IMG/VR virus record: IMGVR_UViG_3300013104_000001
Span: 1-64,000 of that record
Strand: one strand, 5' to 3'
DNA: 64,000 bases
In this document: piece by piece, positions 55,529 to 63,801 of the stretch
Numbering within the stretch: the stretch's first letter is position 1
How the letters are laid out: each line of letters starts with the position of its first letter
Program-made: the position numbers and the translations under genes
The notes under the pieces: model-generated
What the model saw: only the letters and a program-made list of their open reading frames with translations
What the model was told of the DNA's origin: nothing
Database searches by the model: none

Positions 55529-56854
55529 ATGAGTGAAGCAAAAGCCGTTGTAGAAAGCTTTCGCCAAATGGCACGTGTAGTGGCTATCGATGATGTTATC
55601 CCACATCCCAATGCTGATCGATTGGCATTAGCTATTATTGGTGGCTGGCAGGTCTGTATCAAACTGGGTGAATTCAGCAAAGGTGATCTGGCGCTGTATT
55701 GCGAGATCGATTCTTTGGTCCCAACCAGTATCCCTGAGTTCGCGTTCTTAGAAGAACGCAATGAAGGGTTGAAGTCCTTTGGTGACCAGACGTATGCGCG
55801 TATCAAAACCATCAAACTGCGTAAAGAACTGTCACAGGGGCTGTTGGGACCAATCCCTAAACAGATCACCACTGCGGTAAAAGATGGTGATGATTTGACT
55901 CAAGCGTTGGGTGTATTGAAGTATGAGAAATCTGCTTCCAAGAACACCACTGCTGTTGAACAGACGTATAGCTGGTATCATCGACTGGCACTGCGTATCC
56001 GTGGTCCTGAAATCAACCCGCTGCCATTCCCGGCGTTTCTGCGTAAGTCTGAAGAGAATCGCGTGCAGAACTCCTCGTCTCAGTATCAACGTGCTGTAGA
56101 GTCTGGCGAAGAGTTCGAAGTCACTGTGAAGCTCGATGGTGAATCAATGACCGTGTACTCATTCATTGATGATGGCGAAGTGATTACCGGCGTGTGCTCA
56201 CGTAACTGTGAAATCCGTCAAGACGATATTGTCTTTACTCCGTTGCAGACCCTGCGTCGTTGGGTAGGTGGCTTGATGCTGCGTAACCGTCGTGCATTTA
56301 GCTGGCGTCGTATTACCTGGCCTGAATACACCTCAGCTCCAATCCCGTGGTTGCGTGACTTCTTTGCTAGCAATGAACTGCGTGACGTTATCAATGTCGG
56401 CCTGCCTCGCGTAGAACGTGTTATCCAAGCAACGGATGATAACTTCTTCCGTTATGTCCATGAAAATGGCATTCTGAATAAACTCGGTGCGCTGTCAGTA
56501 ATGGATCGTCGCGAGTACACTGTTCAAGGTGAACTCTTTGGACCGGGTATCCAGGGTAACTACGAAGGCGTGGATAAACTATCCTTCAATGTCTATCGTG
56601 TATATGTCAACGGCACCACGGCACTGACGCCCGAACAGGCACGTAATGTCTGTATGCGCTTGGGGCTGAAGTACGTTCCTGTTCTGGAAGAAGTGGCCAC
56701 ACTGCCGGCTACCATTAAAGACGCATTGGCCAAGGCAGATGGTAAACGCTTCTATTCCGGTAAGCCCAATCGTGAAGGCGTGGTTTATAAATCGTTGACA
56801 CGTGACTTCTCATTCAAAGTCATCTCCAATAAATACTTACTCAGCGAAGACTAA
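55529..56854 (+). CDS. ATP-dependent RNA ligase, DRB0094/Rnl5-like
   Basis: N-terminal HPNADRL...GGWQV OB module, YCEIDS, motif I KLDGES, SRN, GELFG, FNVY, EGVV, FKVISNKYLL. Confidence 0.9.
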   Translation: MSEAKAVVESFRQMARVVAIDDVIPHPNADRLALAIIGGWQVCIKLGEFSKGDLALYCEIDSLVPTSIPEFAFLEERNEGLKSFGDQTYARIKTIKLRKELSQGLLGPIPKQITTAVKDGDDLTQALGVLKYEKSASKNTTAVEQTYSWYHRLALRIRGPEINPLPFPAFLRKSEENRVQNSSSQYQRAVESGEEFEVTVKLDGESMTVYSFIDDGEVITGVCSRNCEIRQDDIVFTPLQTLRRWVGGLMLRNRRAFSWRRITWPEYTSAPIPWLRDFFASNELRDVINVGLPRVERVIQATDDNFFRYVHENGILNKLGALSVMDRREYTVQGELFGPGIQGNYEGVDKLSFNVYRVYVNGTTALTPEQARNVCMRLGLKYVPVLEEVATLPATIKDALAKADGKRFYSGKPNREGVVYKSLTRDFSFKVISNKYLLSED

Positions 56855-56863
56855 GGTTACACT

Positions 56864-58102
56864 ATGTCAAATATTATCGAACTCGCAGGACAGCAAGTTC
56901 CTATCAAGATGTGGACGAAGTTTGTTCCTGTCGAAGAACGGGCTGAGCAACAATTAAAGAACCTGGCAACCCTGCCTTTCATTTATAAGCACCTGGCCGT
57001 CATGCCAGACGTTCATTGGGGTATGGGTGCTACCATTGGTTCGGTTATTGCGACCAAGGGCGCTATTATCCCTGCGGCGGTTGGTGTCGATATCGGCTGT
57101 GGTATGATCGCTCAGCAAACCTCATTGGTCGCTGCTGATCTACCTGATGACCTCGGCCCACTGCGTTCTCGCATTGAAGCGGGTATCCCACATGGTCGTA
57201 CTGACAATGGCGGTGATAACGACCGGGGGGCTTGGGGTAATGAGTTTGGGATGAATCTCGATCAGGCTCATAAGGACGCATTAATCGCGCTTCGCGACCG
57301 TCTGAAGTCAATCACCGATAAGCACCCTAAGTTACTGAAGGCAGGTTCACGCTTTGCTCGTCATGCAGGCACCCTGGGTAGCGGTAACCACTTCGTTGAG
57401 ATCTGTCTTGATGAAAACCAACAAGTCTGGGTAATGCTGCACTCTGGCTCACGTGGTATCGGTAACAGTATCGGTAAGTACTTTATTGAGAAAGCCAAAG
57501 AAGAGATGGCGCGGTTCTTCATTCACTTAGTGGATCAGGATCTGGCTTACTTACCTGAAGGCTCTCAGTATTACCACGATTACCTGGAAGCTGTTTCCTG
57601 GGCACAGGACTTTGCCGCGGTTAACCGTGCGATCATGTTGAGCGCCACATTGAAAGCATTGCACACAACGATTGCTAAGCCATTTACTGAAAGCACCGTT
57701 GCTGTGAACTGTCACCACAACTATGTGGCGATGGAGAACCACTTCAATGCAAACGTATTGGTAACCCGTAAAGGCGCGGTACGTGCCCGTGTAGGCGATC
57801 TGGCAATCATTCCTGGTAGCATGGGTGCGAAGTCCTTTATTGTCGAAGGCCTGGGCAATGAAGAAAGCTTCTGCTCGTGCTCGCATGGCGCTGGTCGTCT
57901 GATGTCACGTGCTGCGGCAAACAACAAGTTCAGTGTCGAAGATCATATTCGTGATACTGCAGGCGTTGAGTGTCGTAAAGATGCCGGTGTGATCGATGAA
58001 ACACCAAAGGCGTATAAGTCGATCGATGACGTGATGCGCTCCCAGGATGACTTGGTGAAAATCAAGTATGTGTTAAAACAGATTCTTTGCGTGAAGGGGT
58101 AA
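56864..58102 (+). CDS. rtcB: RNA-splicing/repair ligase RtcB
   Basis: MPDVH, VGVDIGCG, GTLGSGNHF, HSGSRG, CHHNY, PGSMG, SCSHGAGR, DETPKAYK. Confidence 0.96.
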   Translation: MSNIIELAGQQVPIKMWTKFVPVEERAEQQLKNLATLPFIYKHLAVMPDVHWGMGATIGSVIATKGAIIPAAVGVDIGCGMIAQQTSLVAADLPDDLGPLRSRIEAGIPHGRTDNGGDNDRGAWGNEFGMNLDQAHKDALIALRDRLKSITDKHPKLLKAGSRFARHAGTLGSGNHFVEICLDENQQVWVMLHSGSRGIGNSIGKYFIEKAKEEMARFFIHLVDQDLAYLPEGSQYYHDYLEAVSWAQDFAAVNRAIMLSATLKALHTTIAKPFTESTVAVNCHHNYVAMENHFNANVLVTRKGAVRARVGDLAIIPGSMGAKSFIVEGLGNEESFCSCSHGAGRLMSRAAANNKFSVEDHIRDTAGVECRKDAGVIDETPKAYKSIDDVMRSQDDLVKIKYVLKQILCVKG

Positions 58103-58104
58103 TC

Positions 58105-58425
58105 ATGTCGGATAAAAAACAAGTAACCATCTTTGTTGCCGGTGAACATAACTCGGCTAAGACCACAGTCATTGCGGTAATCGAGAAAGCATTGAAAGAA
58201 GCGGGTATCGAACCTAAGCTGCTTTCTAACGCTGCCTATGAGGCAGAAAACTTCGTAGGTGTTGATATCGTATCACAAATCGCTGATAAGGTTGAAATCT
58301 CTATCGAAGAGCTCACTATGCCAGCACCTGTTCTTGACAATGGCACTGCACCGAAAGGTTATGTGGCTATCCGTCACGCTGGCGGTATGAAAGTTATCCC
58401 ACGCGGCAATTCACTTGCTGAGTAA
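58105..58425 (+). CDS. small P-loop-like protein, paralog of the 46684 N-module
   Basis: VTIFVAGEHNSAKTTVIAVIEKALKEAGI. Confidence 0.65.
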   Translation: MSDKKQVTIFVAGEHNSAKTTVIAVIEKALKEAGIEPKLLSNAAYEAENFVGVDIVSQIADKVEISIEELTMPAPVLDNGTAPKGYVAIRHAGGMKVIPRGNSLAE

Positions 58426-58430
58426 ACTAT

Positions 58431-58459
58431 AGGAGGACTTCGGTCCTCCTTTTATGTCG
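58431..58459 (+). terminator. hairpin + TTATGTCG element
   Basis: AGGAGGAC-TTCG-GTCCTCCT-TTTATGTCG. Confidence 0.75.
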
Positions 58460-58551
58460 ACCAAATCCTATATAACACGACAGGACATCTGCACCCGCAA
58501 TCGCCATCAATTTGGTTCCTGTTTTGGACAATACGATTATTGGGAGACAGT

Positions 58552-59499
58552 ATGTTTGAATTACTCATGTTAAAAAAGAATGTGGTGACTGGCGGCGCTA
58601 TTTCAGAAGACATTAAAACGGATGTGTCAGGACTCATTACTAAATACCAGGGAGCGGGATCAGTACAGGCGATAAATGTATCACTGGGTCAGTCTGGATG
58701 TATGGCTATTTATAACAACCAGTTGATCACGATTGTCAACACCGCCATTAAGTATTACGATATCAACAATTCTTTTGCATTGGCAAGATCGGTAACTGCG
58801 GCCGTCAATGCGAACATTGCGCTAAACAATGCGCAACACCAATCAGGAAGTCGATTCTGGGTGGGTCAGGATCGCAGCAACACAGTCATCTATTGTGTTG
58901 ATTTAATTGCAGGTAGTATTAAAGCTTATCCATCATCACCCGTTAAGAAAGGAATGTTCTTTGCTAGTAAAGGAAAACTGTGGCTAGTTGGTGGTTGGGG
59001 ACTGACTGATAACGTTTCCAATAAAACCACGGTTTACAGCATCGATATCAATAACCCAACGGCGTGGGTCGCGCAGTCGTCTAGAAACGCATTGCCTTTT
59101 CAAATCCATGGCGCGGTCAGTTATGTTACGGACAATGGACTTATTGCATTTACTGGCGGGGGTATGGCTAGTTCATCAACTGAGACAGATGGCGGAAGCT
59201 ACACAAGTTTAATATTTTTAGATCCTGATTCGCTAACTTATACCCAGCAATCATTACCCAGTGCAATCGCGGGACCGTACCATAATCCTAACTTTATTTA
59301 TGGTAAAACGGCGTATCAGTTCAAATATACAAATGCTGGTCATCGTTGGCCTATTGGGAGTGAGGGTAGCGAGGCTAACCTGTCACCTGCCCCGATCATT
59401 GCTAGTTTTCATAACCCCTACACACTCGCAGGTCGAGTTGCTTTTTATGGTAGCGGTTATAACACAGCCCCGATCTATCTCTACGTACTACCTATTTAA
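58552..59499 (+). CDS. Kelch-like beta-propeller protein, possibly virion-associated
   Basis: GKLWLVGGWG, HGA....GLIAFTGG Kelch-like blades; MFELLML N-terminus; GGGAG RBS. Confidence 0.65.
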   Translation: MFELLMLKKNVVTGGAISEDIKTDVSGLITKYQGAGSVQAINVSLGQSGCMAIYNNQLITIVNTAIKYYDINNSFALARSVTAAVNANIALNNAQHQSGSRFWVGQDRSNTVIYCVDLIAGSIKAYPSSPVKKGMFFASKGKLWLVGGWGLTDNVSNKTTVYSIDINNPTAWVAQSSRNALPFQIHGAVSYVTDNGLIAFTGGGMASSSTETDGGSYTSLIFLDPDSLTYTQQSLPSAIAGPYHNPNFIYGKTAYQFKYTNAGHRWPIGSEGSEANLSPAPIIASFHNPYTLAGRVAFYGSGYNTAPIYLYVLPI

Positions 59500-59503
59500 C
59501 CTG

Positions 59504-59529
59504 GGCAGGGGAAACCCTGCCTTTATGCC
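59504..59529 (+). terminator. hairpin + TTATGCC element
   Basis: GGCAGGG-GAAA-CCCTGCC-TTTATGCC. Confidence 0.75.
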
Positions 59530-59548
59530 ATCCAAGAGGAAATTAACC

Positions 59549-59962
59549 ATGCGTTCACTCGTTGTTGTATTATCAGAACCTTCTGCACAGAAATCCATTG
59601 CTCTGGTCATCAAAGATCCTTACCACGAAGTTGATTTCGAGCGTGTCGAAACTTGGCTACATTCGGCTACTCATCGTGATGTATTTCGTGACAGTAATGA
59701 CACATTGTGTAACCGTCACAAAGTAGAAACTTTAATTGATGTTATCGATGACGGCGATACCCCTACGGTACACTTCATTTATAGCGATACTGAATGGGAA
59801 GATTTTATTCCAAAGCTCGCCAAGGCATTTGTTGACGACGAGCCCCATTTCCGTAACTCCTGCACTGTACGCGCAGCTGCAGCTTTACTTACCCGCGCAA
59901 ACCCAACCTTAAGCATCTATAACGGTTCAATGCGCGGCATCGCTTATGTAGAGGAAGAATAA
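59549..59962 (+). CDS. hypothetical protein
   Basis: GAGGA RBS before ATG 59549; the ORF-track extension to 59261 overlaps the Kelch gene. Confidence 0.7.
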   Translation: MRSLVVVLSEPSAQKSIALVIKDPYHEVDFERVETWLHSATHRDVFRDSNDTLCNRHKVETLIDVIDDGDTPTVHFIYSDTEWEDFIPKLAKAFVDDEPHFRNSCTVRAAAALLTRANPTLSIYNGSMRGIAYVEEE

Positions 59963-60382
59963 ATGAACAATGTAATTAAGCTGGCCATCATCAGCGATAC
60001 GTCGTACAACACGCGTTATGTGTTCCTGGAAGTGAGCAAAGAAATCACTAACTCAGATATCGATGCGCATATTCGCAAAGCCATTGATGTTGCAAAACCA
60101 AACTTCGGTGGCGGTGATCCAAAAGCGACTATCGCTAAGACTGGCATGGGCGTTATTCCGGGTTCTAACGTGGTCAGTATGGAATACGACATTGATGCTA
60201 ACTTCTCAGGCGGTGCAATGCGCGTCGTCGATGCGATCGTCGAGTCATCACTGTTCCTGCGTACACAGGTTGCTGACACCAACCAGATTGCGCTGGCCAT
60301 GCTGCGCGACGTAAACTGGAAAGAGCTGCAGGAAATCGATCTGATGGAACGCACACCTTTCCTGACCATTACTCCAGTCTAA
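59963..60382 (+). CDS. hypothetical protein
   Basis: GAGGA RBS; strongly biased codons. Confidence 0.75.
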   Translation: MNNVIKLAIISDTSYNTRYVFLEVSKEITNSDIDAHIRKAIDVAKPNFGGGDPKATIAKTGMGVIPGSNVVSMEYDIDANFSGGAMRVVDAIVESSLFLRTQVADTNQIALAMLRDVNWKELQEIDLMERTPFLTITPV

Positions 60383-60398
60383 GCGGGGCTGATCTTTC

Positions 60399-61400
60399 AT
60401 GGCACAAGTTGTCGAATTAAAAGATGGGATGAATCACCATCCCGCTCATCCAGGTATCTGGGTTCCGTACACTGGTTGGCGTCTCAAAGACCGTTATGAT
60501 ATCAAGCTGAAGACTGGTGAGGTCTGGCGGTATTACTATCCTAACGGGGGATCGTTTGCTAAATGGACATCTGATCATGAAGGTCCCGATCGGGTTGAAG
60601 ATGATGAGATTGCTGAAATCCGTCAGATGCTCGATGAAGAAATCACTGAAGAGTATTACTTCAAAGGCAAGGACCGTCTAGACCGTAATGTGAAAATGTT
60701 TGGTGATGTGCTACCAACAGTTAACATTGCTGAAGATGGTACGGTAACCTTCACACCGATCAAGCGTCGTATCTTTGATGACTGGGTATTGAGCACCTGG
60801 AGCGGCGAAGAAGCGATGTGGTTGCATGTGAATGAACTCTCTGTTGAGGAACTCAAAACACAACTGAGCGAACGTCACAACGACATCGAACCAAATACTG
60901 ATCTGGGTGATAGCCTGCGGTCTTACCTCAATGTACTGTGCAAGAAGGCTAACCACACCGATGCGCATGTGCAGGTTGCCTGGAAGACCAGTACGCTGCC
61001 ATTTAACCTGGAGTCGCCAACGGATTATCAGCCGGCGGTATGTCTGTGTGCAGTTAAGACACTGGAAGAGATGGCTGCAATCCAGATTGAGAAAGATCGT
61101 GTTGAGCAGGTTGAAGCCAATCGTATTGCTAGCTTAGGTTTCACACCTACTGGTAAGGCGATGCGCCGTCGTGTTGCAGTATCTGCACTTGCAGCACACA
61201 TGACCACCCCGCACCTGCATCGTGCGATTGATCGTAAGGTGTCAGGCGGTGGCAAGAACGAGAAGGATGGTCGTTTTGTCACCAAGTCCGAAATGCGTTC
61301 AGTGGACGGTAAGAAACTGACCGGTAAACAGCTGCGTAAGATGCAAAAGAAAATGCGTCAAGCAGAACGTGATAAGGTGGTGGTCGATGGAACTGAATAA
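60399..61400 (+). CDS. hypothetical protein with basic C-terminal tail
   Basis: 333 aa; K/R-rich last 70 aa. Confidence 0.75.
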   Translation: MAQVVELKDGMNHHPAHPGIWVPYTGWRLKDRYDIKLKTGEVWRYYYPNGGSFAKWTSDHEGPDRVEDDEIAEIRQMLDEEITEEYYFKGKDRLDRNVKMFGDVLPTVNIAEDGTVTFTPIKRRIFDDWVLSTWSGEEAMWLHVNELSVEELKTQLSERHNDIEPNTDLGDSLRSYLNVLCKKANHTDAHVQVAWKTSTLPFNLESPTDYQPAVCLCAVKTLEEMAAIQIEKDRVEQVEANRIASLGFTPTGKAMRRRVAVSALAAHMTTPHLHRAIDRKVSGGGKNEKDGRFVTKSEMRSVDGKKLTGKQLRKMQKKMRQAERDKVVVDGTE

Positions 61401-61812
61401 GCTCTACGCACTCTCCCCGGAAACGATGATGGCATTGGAAGATCCTCGTCATGAGTTAGTGGCTGGTATTACGGGTGAACTTATCTTTACTCTGTCACGG
61501 ACTGTAGGGCCTGGGTTACATCCTAAGTTCGGCTTACATGCCTATGTCATGCCAAGTGGCTATGGTGTGTTTGATGAGCAGTTCACTTGCCGTGCTGTAA
61601 TGAACCTTGATGATCTGCGCAGCATCGACACTAGAGACGAAGTCTCCATGGTGTTCCAGGGATGGAAGTCTGGCGATATGGTTAAAGTCACAGGTCCGAT
61701 CGGTTGGTCAGTGAAATCATTAGAAGCTGTTAAACTCGTCGAAACCTTCAGTATCGAACTCTTCCTACGGGATACGGTAGAAGGAATCGTGACCAAAGTA
61801 GATGTGCAGTAA
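61387..61812 (+). CDS. hypothetical protein
   Basis: GGTGG before ATG 61387; overlaps the upstream stop. Confidence 0.65.
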   Translation: MELNKLYALSPETMMALEDPRHELVAGITGELIFTLSRTVGPGLHPKFGLHAYVMPSGYGVFDEQFTCRAVMNLDDLRSIDTRDEVSMVFQGWKSGDMVKVTGPIGWSVKSLEAVKLVETFSIELFLRDTVEGIVTKVDVQ

Positions 61813-61814
61813 TT

Positions 61815-62048
61815 ATGGATACCAGTAACATCTATAAAGTCTACGAAAAAGATCCACTGCCACACGTGGATCGTATAGCAATTGTTATAGCCAAGTCAGC
61901 CCAGGAAGCCATTGATCTCTTTGTAAAGGATGTTAATGATAATCTGCCATTAAACCGTGGCGCTGAATTGACAGCAGTTTGCTATATCGGACATGAAGTT
62001 CCTTCTCGTGTTCTATCCTGGTATATTTGTGGTTATGGAGATCATTAA
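61815..62048 (+). CDS. small hypothetical protein
   Basis: IYKVY...IVIAKSAQEAIDL motif. Confidence 0.65.
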   Translation: MDTSNIYKVYEKDPLPHVDRIAIVIAKSAQEAIDLFVKDVNDNLPLNRGAELTAVCYIGHEVPSRVLSWYICGYGDH

Positions 62049-62371
62049 TGCCCAGCAATGTAATCGAACCTTTTCATGTAAATGAAGAACGTGCTGTCGC
62101 GTGGTATATCGCAAATGATGCCGATCATGCTCGCGAACAGTATTTGCACTTCGTTGAAGATTTCAGCCATCGTGGTGTTTCTGAAGGCGAAGACCAGTGG
62201 GATACCGTGCACGAAGAAGCAGAACTGGCTGATCAAGAATACCCGTTGATCATTGCGTTCTATCTTAACTTTGATCACGCTGATCGGCATGAAGCATTGG
62301 TCGCTCCGCTTGGTGCGGCTATCGGCATCACCCCTCCTGAGCTTGTCGCTCATTATCAATTAACCAAGTAA
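62048..62371 (+). CDS. hypothetical acidic protein
   Basis: GGAG RBS; coupled to the upstream stop. Confidence 0.65.
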   Translation: MPSNVIEPFHVNEERAVAWYIANDADHAREQYLHFVEDFSHRGVSEGEDQWDTVHEEAELADQEYPLIIAFYLNFDHADRHEALVAPLGAAIGITPPELVAHYQLTK

Positions 62372-62381
62372 GGATAATATC

Positions 62382-62672
62382 ATGGCCTTTGCCCTTGATG
62401 CAAAACTCGTTCCATTCCTGTTCAAAACAAAAGATGGTCGTCTGTACGCTAATGTGTCTGGCGGTAACAAAACCAAACTGGTCATCTCAATGGACCAGGG
62501 CCTGACTCAAGAGTTAGGTGCGCCTGCACAGGACGTTCCACTCGAAGCGCGTGTCAATGGCACGAAGCTGTACTTCAGTCCACAAGGCGAAGTGACAGGC
62601 TGGGATATCCCTGAGAAGAAAGTAGCTGACGCAGCTACTGCCGGTTCGATGAACATGCGTCGTCCAGGCTAA
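62382..62672 (+). CDS. hypothetical protein
   Basis: AAGGA RBS. Confidence 0.7.
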   Translation: MAFALDAKLVPFLFKTKDGRLYANVSGGNKTKLVISMDQGLTQELGAPAQDVPLEARVNGTKLYFSPQGEVTGWDIPEKKVADAATAGSMNMRRPG

Positions 62673-62680
62673 TCCATGCG

Positions 62681-62706
62681 GGGAGGGGAAACCCTCCCTT
62701 ATGCCG
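62681..62706 (+). terminator. hairpin + TTATGCCG element
   Basis: GGGAGGG-GAAA-CCCTCCC-TTATGCCG. Confidence 0.8.
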
Positions 62707-62718
62707 TTTGGGGGTTAT

Positions 62719-63246
62719 ATGAGTTTAGTGATTTACAAAGACGGGTTATTAGTCGGGGACAGACATGGCTCACGTTATGTTGCCTCTTTTGACATGGTGC
62801 GTGATGTCGTGAAGCTCTATAAGTCTAAGTGTGGCAGGATAGCACTAGCGGTTACCGGGCAAGTGTTGACTGATGAAGATCTACAAAAAGCATTTGATTT
62901 CTTCATTAACTCGGTTACTGACTATCATTACCGTCATCTGGATTTGGACTACAGCAACAGATACGCCGAGGAAGATGCACTACGTATGGGGATGACGGGT
63001 CGTCACTTCATGATCATGACCCGCTCGCATATCTTCGCAGTTGAAGCAGGTATGTTGATCGATCTCAGTAATGAACCTTGGTACGCGACGGGTAGCGGGC
63101 AAGTAATGGCAGATATTTTCTTAACTGCGGGTTACTCGCCACAAAAGACCGTTGAGAATGTATCTAAAATTAACCAAGAAGTCAGCAAGCGTTTTACCCT
63201 TATCAATCAGGCTACGTTGAAGCCGCTTATTAAAGAGGTGGTATAA
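62719..63246 (+). CDS. Ntn-hydrolase (HslV/proteasome beta-like) protein
   Basis: M-SLVIYKDGLLVGD N-terminus, IALAVTG, YATGSG, C-terminal V....KI helix; GGGGG RBS before ATG 62719. Confidence 0.65.
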   Translation: MSLVIYKDGLLVGDRHGSRYVASFDMVRDVVKLYKSKCGRIALAVTGQVLTDEDLQKAFDFFINSVTDYHYRHLDLDYSNRYAEEDALRMGMTGRHFMIMTRSHIFAVEAGMLIDLSNEPWYATGSGQVMADIFLTAGYSPQKTVENVSKINQEVSKRFTLINQATLKPLIKEVV

Positions 63247-63762
63247 ATGAGTAGTATCTTTGCCATCTCAGGCGATAACGTGGTTTACGCGCATCAACTG
63301 CTTAAGCTGAATGGCTTGCCGTTCACACCGGGTGAAGGTTCGTTATGGACACCGTGCGGTCGGTTCTTTCCTGTTTCACATCAGGGGCTGGCCTTGCTCG
63401 AGTATTTCCTTGAGCCGGGCAAACTGTCAGTTGATAGCTCCTACAACAACTACGTTTTAGGTATTCTGGCAACACCACATGGATTGTTGTACGAATACAC
63501 GTTGGTTGACAGTTGTGTTACTCGTCGTATTATCCCTCGTGGGAAAGGACTGCGCTACTGTCGTTCTAACGACCCTCAACTTGAGGAGTGCATGCAAGCC
63601 GCAATGGAAATCCATACCGAGCTTGTTGATGCCATGGACCTGGTTGCTAAATCTCGCAAGATCTTATTGAATGCGTACAAGTATACACTGTTGACTAATG
63701 TATATGCTGAAATGGCCGAGCGAAAGATCATCGGGAAACCGCCTTCGCTTATGCAAGCGTAA
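63247..63762 (+). CDS. hypothetical protein; possible degenerate Ntn-fold paralog
   Basis: M-SSIFAISGDNVVYA start and C-terminal ..AAMEI...V.AMDLVAK helices echo the upstream gene; GAGGT RBS. Confidence 0.5.
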   Translation: MSSIFAISGDNVVYAHQLLKLNGLPFTPGEGSLWTPCGRFFPVSHQGLALLEYFLEPGKLSVDSSYNNYVLGILATPHGLLYEYTLVDSCVTRRIIPRGKGLRYCRSNDPQLEECMQAAMEIHTELVDAMDLVAKSRKILLNAYKYTLLTNVYAEMAERKIIGKPPSLMQA

Positions 63763-63801
63763 AGAACCAATCTAACTTAACTTGTCCATAAAAGGAAATT
63801 T

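Noticed and set aside
14705-62703. ATG codons within TTATGCC (2809, 14705, 59525, 62701) used as ORF-track starts
   Set aside because: They belong to the repeat motif; downstream ATGs, three with a clear RBS (2842, 59549, 62719) plus 14717, are better starts.
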